Source: Chiloscyllium plagiosum
Lineage: Eukaryota
Length of the DNA stretch: 64,000 nt
Assembly: GCF_004010195.1 (NCBI RefSeq)
Contig: NC_057728.1
Coordinates: 43,229,431-43,293,430 of the forward strand
Direction of reading: 5' to 3'
Both the position numbers and the translations under genes were made by a program. The notes beneath the pieces are model-generated. The model had not been told where the DNA came from, did no database searches, and worked only from the letters and a program-made list of their open reading frames with translations. Positions 52,613 to 64,000 of the stretch are shown here, piece by piece. How positions within the stretch are numbered: the first letter of the stretch is position 1; each line of letters starts with the position of its first letter.

Positions 52613-54810
52613 TGATGATGATTTTGATTTGTTTTATAAATTTATACATGGTTATCATACTCATAACATTGAATTACATAAAAGCAGAGCACTCTAGGTT
52701 GAATTTTAGATTCCTGGGGCTCAACTGTTCAGATATTAGGAATGGGAGTACACATTTACTCCAGCAGTGAGCTACAATTTTTATTCACTGTCATTTTCAT
52801 CTTTCAAATTCTGATTTATTAGATAATTGGCTTGCAGGTTCTATTTCAGTATGAGAGCGAGATCACCAATAACTTGTATGTCATTTCTAATCACCACTCT
52901 TCCATTTTAAGTAGAGATACCTGTGTAGTTTTGAACCATTGTTTCGCATTTGTAGAAGAAACTGAATTTGATTAAGTGTGCTGTGAACTAATCTACATCA
53001 CAGAAAGTTCATTTCTAGAGCCGTAGGAAGGTAGTGTAGATCTTTCATTTCTGTTAGAGTGTAACAAGCAACAGGCATAAAAGACGTCAATTGTAAAGGA
53101 AACCATAGCCACAACTGGACATTCTAGATGTTAGTTTGTTTTTTCAGGACACAGTGACAGCGAATGGAGCTGCCACTGCTTCTAATGATTTGGAGGAAGC
53201 AGACATCCTGGATTTTGTTATCCTTTGACTCCAAAAATTGTGAAATCTCTGTTGTCTCATTTGAGGAGAATCACCCTTTTGTTGAAGGAGCTATTGAGGA
53301 GGTGAATGTATCTAGTTTATACTACTGGACTTATTAATGACATATGTCAACAGCAACAATTGCAATTAGACATAGAAATTCCTACCTGCAATAAGTACTG
53401 AAGCACAATAAGAGACTAATATGCTGACATTACAACTACTATTAGGTGTACCTCAAACATGTTAGAGATGGACAAAATCTTGTCAAAGTTACAGGAAACT
53501 TAAACTGAACTATTCAACTGCCATTGCTGCAGACTAAAGACAATGAAGAGACACAAATTGCAGATACTTCAATACTTAAAGCCACAGCAGTTAAACTCAT
53601 AGTAGTTCAAGTATGAATGAACACCAGTGAGGCTTCAGCACTTTCTACAGGCAGCAAGATAACTACAATATGTGAGAAGTCTTGGATAATGGAGTTAAAA
53701 AGGGTACTCCAATTACACATGAAAGAAGTCATAGAGCTCCAACGGAGATTGATGGGTACCGAATCTTCGGGCAAGGCGGTTAGCATCTCAGAAATCAAAT
53801 CTATGTGACTCAAACGTACAACAATGAGAAAACAACATCAAGATGCATTCAGAGAAAAAATTCAAATAACAGAAATAACCCACTAAGAGATGAATCAATA
53901 ATTACAAACAACTATTGAAAAGTGATCTAGCAAAAAGGAGACACTTAAATACAATTGAATCAAGTCAATGTTAATGCTCAGAGACTATTAATCTACATAA
54001 ATGTCAGCTGAAACCTGCAACTGAATCTCATCAGAAAATTATAAATATGGTTACAACAAGTCTGAATGGATGAATAAATTCCTCTTTTGGCCTGAGGCTA
54101 GTATAGCAGAGTTTTTAATTTTTAAATAGGTGTGTTCTCTTTTCAATTCAATGTACGCTTGAACATACATTAAAGCTATGATAAACAAGCCAGATGGATA
54201 TCTGAGTCAGTCAAAATCAGGTATTCGTTGTAAATTCACTTAAATATAAAGGGAACCAGATTTTCCAAGGGATGACAATTTTATGCAGCTGGCCACTCCT
54301 CGTCTTCATTTTATGAAAGAAGGGAGCTCCACTTTCTGATAGGAGATTCTAATCAGGGCTGCTTCAGAAATGTAGAGTTGTAGTTCCATTCTAACAGTTC
54401 TTCCACAGTGTAGAACTGTTGGGGGAAGGCAAACTGTGCCCACTTTTCACAGTAGTCAGCTGCCAAATTCTAACATTTAAAGGTCCAGACAGACACTTTG
54501 ACAGCTGCTGTCAAACAGTAAATAGGGTACCAGTTGGTTAGTTACCAGATAAGAAGAGTGCCAGGTTATTAAATTCCAGGGTGCTAGTTAAGTAGAATGT
54601 GAATTGAGTATTGTGCTAGCTTGGATAGGGCTAAAGTGCCAAGGCATTGGATGGCAGATAGGTAGTGTGCCAGTAATGTGACGTGCCAGGTAACAATGTC
54701 CAGGCAAGTAGGGAGTGAAATGGGGAAGGGATAGGGTGTGAAGTTTGGTTTAGGGGAGATGTGAGAGGTAGGTTCTTTACACTGAGAGTGGTGGGTGCAT
54801 GGAATGCACT

Positions 54811-54998
54811 AGGTAAAAACAATGACTGCAGATGCTGGAAACCAGATTCTGGATCAGTGGTGCTGGAAGAGCACAGCAATTCAGGCAGCATCCGAGGACA
54901 GGCAAAATCGACGATGAAGGGCTTTTGCCCGAAACGTCGATTTTGCCTGTCCTCGGATGCTGCCTGAATTGCTGTGCTCTTCCAGCACCACTGATCCA
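54811..54998. mobile_element. Short Penelope-derived hairpin insertion, 14-bp TSD, inside a CR1 3' fragment (about 54750-55100)
   Basis: GCATGGAATGCACT at 54797-54810 and 54999-55012; same subfamily as 48144-48352. Confidence 0.88.
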
Positions 54999-55809
54999 GC
55001 ATGGAATGCACTGCCAGCAGTGGTAATACAGTCAGATACATTAGGGATATTTAAGTGATTCGTAAATAGGCATATGGAAGATAGTACAATGAAGGGTATG
55101 TAATGCTGTCTTTCTTAGCTAGTATGGGGCCAGAGGTGGGGGTGATTGGGGACAAGGTTACGGTTATCCTTTGGCATTTGCAATCTCCAACTGTATTTGC
55201 ATGACATGACTTGGGCTGATTACTTCAGAATAAGATCTAACCCATCAAAGTTCCATGAAATACCATGATGATCCTTGCTGGAGTTCTCCATATGCCACTG
55301 CATGAAGAGCTATGGCAAAATGTCATTTGTATGTAGCAGATTGTGAAGGAATTGCCCAGGGTTCAGATGAATTTATATAGTTATTCAGACAAAGATAGAC
55401 TTTTAAATATATTGTATAACTCCTGAGTAATTATTCAACTGACATCGTGCTTCCTTCACATCATCAAATACACCTTCTCCAGAACTTGACCTGGCACCAC
55501 TAGTCTGACTCCTCTCCCTCATCATTGGACATGCTCACCCCTTTCCTCTCTCCCCCAACCGCTGCTGGTCCCACCCTCTTCCTGCACTACCAGACTTGCA
55601 CCCCCAACCTGGATCACATTTCACCCTCCCCATGCTCCACCAAATCTGATTCCTGTCACTAGCCATAACCTATCTTAAATAGTGCTTCACTAATGTTACC
55701 CTTTGACACCTTGCACCCTACCCACATGAACATTGAACAGTATATCACAGTACAGACCCTTTGGCCCTCAATGTTGTGCCAGCTTTTTATCCTACTCTAA
55801 GATCAGACT

Positions 55810-55941
55810 TAGAGCCCTTTATCAGGGCTTAGGCCTGCAACGTCGACTCTTCTGCTCTTCAGGTGCTGCCGACCTGCTGTGCTTTTCCAGCACCAACCTT
55901 TTCGACTCTGATTCTCCGCATCTGCAGTCCTCACTTTCTTC
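55810..55941 (+). mobile_element. Short Penelope pLTR-derived fragment
   Basis: Same tail (tctgcagtcctcactttc) with a small inverted piece at the ribozyme position. Confidence 0.65.
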
Positions 55942-56134
55942 AAATTACTTTGCAAATAAAACTTGGATGCTGTGCAATGTATTATTTCACCTGATCCTTA
56001 ACTAGTGTTTGCTACCTATAAATATTTCATGATGGCTGTTGTCTTCTGATTATTCTAAATGTCACTGGAAAACATACAGTTACCTGAATTGTGAAATAGA
56101 TACATCATTAAATGTTCATTTTTCAAAAATATTG

Positions 56135-57270
56135 TGTTATAGAATTGTAGATGTGTACTGTACCTTTAAGGGAGCTGAAATTTCTGGCTGGCACAGAGTG
56201 TGCTGAAAGATTTAAAAGTGTAACTTTTGGTTGACACAAATAGTTGGAGGTGCATTGCCATTTGTACTAAACAAATTAAATTCAGCCAATCAGTTGAAAT
56301 TGTGCCCCAGATACCAAAATCCAATCATTGCCTGCCCCTCTTCCGCGGTTACGTTAGAGCCCGGGTGTCCTTGGAGAAGGAGCACGCGGTGTCGACCAAC
56401 ACCCTGGAGTTGTTCAGGGAAAGGTGGGCGCCGCAGGGAGTGGAGTACATCATTTCTCCCTCCAACTCTATTTTGATTTAGTCCCTACCCTCCCCTTCAC
56501 TATTTTGATCACACAGCACTGCCCTTTGATGTGAAGGGCAGTGTTTGTCACTGGCCACCCGGGTGTTTTCCTATCTTCCTTGTGGTGGAATTTGAATAAA
56601 GATTCGTGCACTTTGTGTCTCTCACTATGTCTCACACCTACACACACACACCATGGGTGCTGGGGAAAAATAAGCACTACCGCACTTAGGTGGTAGTGTG
56701 GGGGGTTAAATAAAAAAAAAGAAAAAAAGAAAAAAACAAAATCCAATCAAATTTGAATTTTACTATTTTGGATGACATCAAACCAATTAAATGATCCCAT
56801 GTTATGGGGTATAAAATTGGACATTTTGAACAGTTAGAGGGAGAACAGCAAAGAGCTGCCAAACATCAACATAACAGCCAGTAGAATAGTTCTGTGAAAG
56901 GTACCTGTCCATAAGAAATTTGTGCAGCAGAACACCGAAGCCAACCTAGAGAAATCTACAGAGGAAGTTTGACATCTGAAGATGACAACTAGGTTTGAAA
57001 GTGTTTTGCTATAAATTTATGAGGGAATTTATCAGACCAGTGTTGTAAAGTGGGAGGTAGAAATAGGTTTAAGAGATAAGAGTTATTAATACTTGTTGTT
57101 TAATGTTCTTGTTTGGACTTCAAAAACAAAATTGTTAAAAAAAATTTTCTTTAAATAGTAGTATTTAGGATAGTTCTTTGCCTCTTGAAATTTAACAGAT
57201 TATGATACAAGATGAGCTTGACTGTGTGTCTGGTTTAAATTAGCAGGAGGGTTTACCCTGTGTTGTAACA
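56135..57270 (+). mobile_element. Probable solo LTR (TGTTA...TAACA)
   Basis: Perfect 5-bp inverted termini; flanks ATTG/ATTA (3 of 4 match); TATA-like tataaaa near 56810. Confidence 0.6.
56328..56736 (+). mobile_element. Tx1/L1-clade non-LTR element 3' end with poly(A) and 13-bp TSD
   Basis: CAAAATCCAATCA at 56315-56327 and 56737-56749; open CpG-rich C-terminus CLPLFRGYVRARVSLEKEHAVSTNTLELFRERWAP; aataaa and A-tail. Confidence 0.75.
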
Positions 57271-58589
57271 ATTACCATTTAATGTTTCTCCCCTCAACAT
57301 CAACTTTGAAATAATTGCAATTGCAAATATCTCTGGAATTTAAATATGGGACTTAATGCTTTTCAAACATTGGTTAAGGTTTGAAATAGACCTTCCAAAT
57401 CATGATGCAGAATTTCTCATTTGTAATCACATATTTAGCAGATGTATCAGATGTGGCAGGATCATAAATGTTCTGCATTAACATGATGAAAGTATTAAGC
57501 TTGAACTGAATAAATTTTTAATAGACAATTGTGGCTTAATTTTGCTGTCAAATCATATCTTCTCTCCCCAACTTCTTATTAAATGATGGTTTGGTTCTTT
57601 TGTTTGAGTTTATTAATTCTTGGGAGAGAGTAATAGATCCACACTAGTAAATAAATCATTTTGTAAAAATAAATAAATGTAACCTCTTGGTTCATTTTAA
57701 TATTTGCTGTTCTATTTTCATCATATTGATTAAAACGTTTTATAATCTAAATTGGAATCTTTGTATTTTGGAATGTGATATTTGCAGAAAAGTATGCCAT
57801 CAAAATTATCTGTTCAAATCTGATTTGGAATTCTGATGTTTGAATCTAAGCCTCAAATTTGGACTTCTTTAATATTTATTTTCTTTGCTGTTTCTTTACA
57901 CCACGTTTTCTTCTCCTGTTGAAAGTGGTGGGTCTTGTAAGAATATATTATCACTGGCAAGTGGTATCTAGAACCTTAACAATACAGTGGATGTTTGTTT
58001 GTAAGCTGTTCAGCTTTAGGTGAAATATAGTGCCTGTTTCATGTTTTTGTCAAAAATATAAATTTGTGAACTCCAGTTGAAATGGCAAATAAGAAGTCAA
58101 ATGTTCTACTATTTTTTTTTCCTCCTCCATAGTCCAAAAGAGTGACTTGCAAGGGCCTGCAGCAGGACTGAGACATGAGGCTTTGAGGAGGGAGGCCTAT
58201 TTACCTTATGGTGATAAGATTATCTCATGAAAATATGACTTTTAGGTCTGGATGCTTCCCCCTTTCTTTCTGGCTTTTTTAAAATATTTTTGCTGGGTTT
58301 TTTAAAATTCTGGCTAAACTATTTTAGGTGGTCATTTTGCAGTTGGAAGTAGATGGTTGTTTTGTTTAAAATGGCACCAGTGAATGGGACTTTGCACACT
58401 TTTCACTGCACTCCTGTACTTGAGTACTGGTGGCAATACCTTGCATTATAAAAAATTTCAACTGTGAAACAATCTGTCAGGACTATATTCAAATGTCAGC
58501 CTAAATTGTCTGCAAATCCTGAGGTGGAGTTTGAATTCTTGTTTCCACGTTAGAACTGGAACTAACTACAAACTTCAACTGATGAAGGG

Positions 58590-59225
58590 GAAAGCATCTG
58601 GTGGTGGTGGCAGCAATGTCAAGATGTGGTGGGTGCGGCTCCGTCCTAGCCCAAGGTCTCCCAGCGAGTGGGGAGCAGCTCTCAGGCCTAATTTCCTGGT
58701 CCAAACTTGCTGACTGAGCCGAAGCTCCAGGTCCATAGCTAGGCCTGGGTGTCTGATGGTGAAGGCAGTGACGGTGGCATGTTTGGTCCCAGTGTAGGAC
58801 CCATGGCACAAGTAGCAGCTGTACTGGCGAGGTTGACCCAATGTGAATCATGGTGGCAGTGGTGGTGGAGGCGAGATGGCACCAGACAGTGGTGACTTTT
58901 TTTTTTCTTTTGTCCAGCGATGGTGGCTTGGCAAAATGTGGTTGCAGCTGTGTATTCTGTTTAGCAAAGACTTGAGGCATAAGGGTGTAGGACGAACGAT
59001 CGAGGTCCATGGGTGAGCTAGAAACAGGAACTGTTCCAAAGACCACCTAACTTTATTCAGATAAGACAATAACATGAACTATCTTTGTTTGATTTTTCTG
59101 GCTTTATATTCTCTGTTTTGGTTTAATTTCTGTTTTAAGAAGACGCCAGAGAATAGCGACACGAAACAACAGTTTTCACTGTATTTGTAATAATACATGT
59201 GACATTAAGTCAATTCAAATCAAAT
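58590..59225 (+). repeat. Unclassified GC-rich retroposon with Rex1/RTE-like 3' tail
   Basis: Ends ttttcactgta..tacatgtgaca..(tcaaa)n; a weaker similar tail lies at 58370-58440. Confidence 0.4.
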
Positions 59226-59320
59226 AGCATGCTGTCAAATACATAAGTCAAAGTCAGGGGAAATCCGCTCCACGCTCTTGTGCAGTCTACAAGATCTTGG
59301 ATTGTCCTCATGAGTTGTAG

Positions 59321-60407
59321 GAGAAGGTGAGGACTGCAGATGCTGGAGATCAGCTGAAAAATGTGTTGCTAGCAAAGCGCAGCAGGTCAGGCAGCATCCA
59401 AGGAGCAGGAGAATCGACATTTTGGGCATAAGCCCTTCAGGAATGAGGAAGGTGTGCCAAGCGGGCTAAGATAAAAGGTAGGGAGGAGGGACTTGGGGGA
59501 GGGGTGTTGGGAATGCGATAGGTGGAAGGTGGTTAAGGTGAGGGTGATGGGGCGGAGAGGTCGGGAAGAAGATTGCAGGTCAAGAAGGCAGTGCTGAGTC
59601 CGATGGTTGGGACTGAGATAAGGTGGGGGGAGGGGAAATGAGGAAGCTGGAAAAATCTGCATTCATCCCTTNNNNNNNNNNNNNNNNNNNNNNNNNNGGT
59701 CTGGCGATGGAGGAGGCCAAGGACCTGCATGTCCTTGGCGGAAAGGGAGGGGGAGTTAAAGTGTTCAGGCACGGGGCAGTTGGGTTGGTTGGTGTGGGTG
59801 CCACAAAGGTGTTCTCTGAAACGTTCCACAAGTAGGCAACCTGTCTCCCCAATGTAGAGGAGGCCACATCGGGTAGAGCGGGTGCAGTAAATGATGTGCG
59901 TGTAAGTGCAGGTGAATTTGTGACGGATATGGAAGGATCCTTTGCGGCCTTGCAGGGAACTGAGGAGGGAGGTGTGGGCGCAGTTTTGCATTTCTTGCGG
60001 TTGCAGGGGAAGGTGCCGGGAGTGGAGGTTGAGATGGTGGGGGTGTGGTACTGACGAGAAGTTGCGGAGGGAGTGGTCTTTCCTGAATGCTGATCGGGGA
60101 GGGGAGGGAAATATATCCTTGGTGGTGGGGTCTGTTTGGAGATGGCCAACCCTCGGACTCAGCACCGACTTCTTGACCTGCAATCTTCTTCCCGACGTCT
60201 CCGCCCCCACCCCCTCTCCGGCCTATCACCCTCACCTTAACCTCCTTCCACCTATCACATTCCCAATGCCCCTACCCCAAGTCCCTCCTCCCTACCTTTT
60301 ATCTTAGCCTGCTTGGCACACCTTCCTCATTCCTGAAGAAGGGCTTATGCCCAAAACGTCGATTCTCCTGCTCCTTGGATTCTGCCTGACCTGCTGCACT
60401 TTTTCAG
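59321..60407. mobile_element. Neptune-type Penelope with GIY-YIG on - and inverted pLTR, 14-bp TSD (1 mismatch)
   Basis: CTCATGA(G/A)TTGTAG at 59307-59320 and 60408-60421; PCNRKKCKT and IIYC..CGLLYIGETG..RFREHL; about 59370-59610 is inverted at about 60145-60407. Confidence 0.88.
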
Positions 60408-60509
60408 CTCATGAATTGTAGCCCAATCATCTGTTAGAAGTTGCCAGAGATTACTTCTACTTCACAGAGATAACTATGATCAGTTTGTAATGACCAATGA
60501 TATGGTCAA

Positions 60510-60670
60510 GATTGAGGAACCTCAATTTTCTGACATTCGATTATCCAAATATTGGATTATCTGGCAAGACTGCAAGATTCTGATACTCGGCTAAACCATG
60601 TTATCCGGAATTTGATTAACAGAACAAAATACTGCCTGCCCATGTCTTTCGGATAATCGAGGTCTCTCTG
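60510..60670. mobile_element. pogo/Tigger-type MITE remnant
   Basis: Right end cggataatcgaggtctctctg|TA; degenerate left TIR gaggaacctcaattttctga; internal gattatcc repeats. Confidence 0.55.
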
Positions 60671-61553
60671 TATATTTGACACGGTTGGTCATCGCATATG
60701 GTTCACATGTAAAATTTAAGATTACAGATGCCTTAGATCTGTACTGGATAATTGCCTGCTTAATGCAATTGCCCCTTGAAAGGCTTCATATTACTCACAA
60801 GTCTGCTTCCTTGGACCAAAAAACACAATTTTCCACCTACTCCATATATAGCAGCAGCCATTTTTCATTTCCATTGCACGTTTGCAATTTAAATAAGGAT
60901 GGAAGGCAGCACAGATAATGCTTCACAAATAGTTGCAGACTCCGTATGTTAGTGCAGGTGACACCCCAAATATTTAATGTTCTTCCATTTCTTCCACTCC
61001 AGTCAATTCCATCAGTTTTGGGTTTCTACATATTCCCACAAGAACTCTTTCATATATGTCTTCATCACCACACTTTACCCTTTGAAGCCTAGGTCTACAG
61101 CTTAGTTATGTCAACCACTGTGATACATTATTCCTCCATTGAAGCAAATACTTTTGTGATCGTTGATTACATCCAGCCTTCAGTAACTTGCTTGTTCCAA
61201 TGCTCGATCAACTTCCATCTGATGTGTTGAGATCTCTCCTTCCCCCCCCACCCAACCCCAAACCCATTAATTCTTGTCCTCTTTGTATCCCAGCATGCTG
61301 GCTCTAATCCCAACTCATTCTTACTTAATACAACAGTGGCCTCTAGTGAACAACCCTCATAACTGACTGTGGCCAAGCCCACTGCCAACTTGGAAGGATA
61401 CTCCAAACTGATGAGTGTCCAGGCTCCTGACTGATCTGAGTGCTACTCTTTGACTGGCTTACCAATAAACCCTGAACTGCAAGAATTCTGTAGGACTGAC
61501 TGTGGCACATTCCCCAGCATGTAGTGATAAACTCACACTCCCCAAACAATCAA

Positions 61554-61652
61554 GATTAGAGTGGTGCTGAAAAAGCACAGCAGGTCAGGCAGCATCCGAG
61601 GAGCAAGAAAATGACGTTTTGGGCAAAAGCTCTTCATCAGGAATGATGAACG
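61554..61652 (-). mobile_element. Short Penelope-derived insertion, 12-bp TSD
   Basis: CCAAACAATCAA at 61542-61553 and 61653-61664. Confidence 0.78.
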
Positions 61653-62594
61653 CCAAACAATCAACTGACCATGTCCAAGTCCATACTGAAATCAGTTGAT
61701 GCCCTTGACTGTCAATGTGAGATCACCTGACTGACAGATCCACTTGACCTGACTGAGGACTAATCTCCTTGGATTCTGAGACATGGGAATTATGTTGATG
61801 CACATTCAGTGTTCTTGCCATGTAAGGTGCTGGCACATGTTGCAGGTGTGACATTGACATAGTACAGTTTCACACAGTAATATGTCCAGTCTTGCGTGAT
61901 TACTGATGGCAACCATGAGAAGCTGCCTGACTTTGCGTCTGAGTTTAAAGGCAAACCGACAGAATTACTGTGAAGTTATAAGTTCTGAATGATGCAGCAA
62001 TATGCAAAAAAGTAAAATAAGGCATGGCAGAGATGCTGTGAGAACATAGTATGTACAAAAAAAGTGAGCATTGTGAGAGATCACCTGCCACCCCGTCCCA
62101 GAGAAGATGTCTGAGATATATCCTGTTGCAATGGATGAGATGGCATCCTGTGCAAAAAATGGTCTGACAGCAACTTGTAACGAAAAGTGTCAGTGAGTTC
62201 CAAACCAATTATTGAAGTAGTGGACCTATTAGGTGAGTCAGTGTGAGCTTTCTAAATGATATGGTGAGGCTGGTGTATGTACAATACCAAACTCTGTGGA
62301 TGGGGTGTACGTGTGGTTGCTGTCGATAGTGTGTACCCTGAGATGTGGGGAAATGCTGACAAAGATGGATGCCAAGATTAAAGTATAGGTAGTTGTTCAG
62401 GGAATTATTCTGATTAACTAGAAATGTATAACTAGAAATTTAAGTTCAAAAGTTTATGGAGGATTGAGCTCCTCTACACAGTCCGTATCCCGCAATTCCC
62501 TGTCTTCGTATAATCTGCCAAGATGCCACTTAAATGCTGCTTTTCTTTGCATCCAGCACCACCACGGGTGGCACAGGGGAACTAGTGGTGGTAA

Positions 62595-62940
62595 GTGGTA
62601 CAATGGTTAACAGTAATGCCTCACAGTGCTAGCGATCTGGATTCAATTCTCGTCTTGTGGTGTCATTCTGTGTGGAGTTTGCATGTTCTCCCTGTGTCTG
62701 CATGGGTTTCAGCCAGATGCTTTGTTTTCGGACCACAGTCCAAAGATGTGCAAGATAGGTGAATTGACTATGCCAAATTGCCCTATTGTGTCCTGGGATT
62801 AGCAAGCTAGGTAGACTAGCTATAGTAAATGCAGGGTTATGGAGGTAGGGTGGGTCTGGATAGATTTGCTCTTCAGAGGGTTGGTGCAGATTTGATACGA
62901 TTAATGGTCTCTTTCAGCACTGTAGGGTTTCTATGATTCT
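62595..62940 (+). mobile_element. Older HE1/V-SINE
   Basis: ctgtgtggagtttgcatgttctccc..acagtccaaagatgtgc; ttctatgattcta tail. Confidence 0.78.
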
Positions 62941-62951
62941 ACCTCCTATGA

Positions 62952-63340
62952 CATTTTCGGGAGGAGAGAGAGAGAGAACCGGGGCTGCAGGCAAGGTAAA
63001 GTTTCCCTCTTAAAAGGACTTACCTCAAATGTCAGCAGCCTCCATTTTCGGGAGGAGTGAGAGAGAGAGGACCAGGGGCTTGCTGGCAAGGTAAGTTTTC
63101 CCTCTTAAATAGACTTAGCTTGGGCATCAGTAGGCTCCATTTTCGGGAGTAGTGGCAGGAGCAGGGAGAGCTGAGTGGGAGCAATCGAATTGCACTCTGG
63201 GGAGGTGAATGAACTGATAATTTGGGCAGAGGTTGAACCCGATACGCTACATGTGTAGTGTCTCCCACCCACCCTCCTCCTGTAACCACAGAAAAGGACT
63301 CTGTGATGTGTTGATAAGTGTGGGAAAAGGTCTGCCACCC
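62952..63340 (+). mobile_element. Isolated CR1 5' UTR with about 90-bp tandem monomers
   Basis: cattttcgggag units at about 62952, 63043 and 63138; ctacatgtgtagtgtctcccaccc motif shared with the CR1 5' UTRs at about 5100 and 10835. Confidence 0.65.
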
Positions 63341-64000
63341 TGCCAACCCATAACAGGCCCACAAAAGCAAAATTGGTCAAAATGTACTAAAACACCCAGA
63401 ATGCCTCAGCAGGGACCAAGCAGGTTGACAAGCGAAACTAAACATTACTCACAGACAAGGGAATACACTTCAAGCTCCCACAAGCAATGACAGAGCACCA
63501 CAGCTATCCCAAAGCCCCAAGGGCAGTTTCATAACCCAGCAATACCAAAGCCACACAAAGGACAGGTCAGACAGAGACACCAGCAAGAGCACTACTCCCA
63601 GGCTAAGACAAAGGAAGCAGCTCACCACTTCAGAGGAGACATCAGCACCTATCTGTGAAGAGGAGTGGGAGCTCCAGATCCATCGATACTGCCAGAATAT
63701 TGCTTTATGTAGAGAATTAGGATATTCCTCTGATAACTGTTTTCCGATTAGCATCATTGTAACTAGATTACTCCATCTCCAAATATATTCCAATTACATT
63801 ATATTTTTCCTATTGTACAGGATTGTTTTTAAAAACTGGCTTCATCCTCAGCTCGAGGAAGAGAAATTCTTGACTGTCTGGGCAGACTGTACTGTTTCAG
63901 CTTAGTCAGTTCCTCTTCTGCGATATCGCCTACTAATAAACTGTTTGTCAATTTCACTCTGATCTGTACTTTGTGATCTCTAATTTATTGGGCAAATTTC

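Noticed and set aside
58501..59046. 181-aa minus-strand ORF as a novel gene
   Set aside because: Lies in a GC-rich repeat; no recognisable domain or splice structure.
61680..62260. Possible PIF/Harbinger remnants (also about 38480-38700 and a GDKGY-like string near 55148)
   Set aside because: Only faint motif resemblance; no TIRs or continuous frame that I could support.
63470..64000. Possible L1 ORF1 remnants (also 53600-53860 and 57300-57900)
   Set aside because: Similarity too weak to call by eye.
1..64000. CRISPR arrays or prokaryotic operons
   Set aside because: Spliced vertebrate locus; the recurrent palindromes are dispersed with individual TSDs, not regularly spaced.

Overview
Vertebrate genomic DNA, most likely a shark (HE1/V-SINE, esterase-ORF1 CR1 LINEs, Penelope-like elements). 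The only host gene is the 3' part of a liprin-alpha gene, best matching PPFIA2, on the minus strand. Six GT-AG exons at 49602-49576, 47192-47017, 46303-46206, 36133-35958, 22741-22673 and 18880-18730 splice in one open frame and encode the SAM2/SAM3 region and C-terminal tail; the first is a 27-nt microexon. The upstream exons and the usual terminal '...RTYSC' exon were not found. The introns are mostly nested, decayed transposons: CR1, a Gypsy LTR remnant, solo LTRs, a Tx1/L1 3' end, pogo/Tigger-type MITEs and SINEs. The most striking structure is a set of Penelope-derived insertions, ten of them with 12-16 bp target-site duplications. They are built as head-to-head hairpins and carry minimal hammerhead ribozyme motifs with compensatory helix-I changes between copies; the short ones invert at or next to the ribozyme. 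Four N gaps limit interpretation. All family calls come from reading motifs by eye, without database searches.
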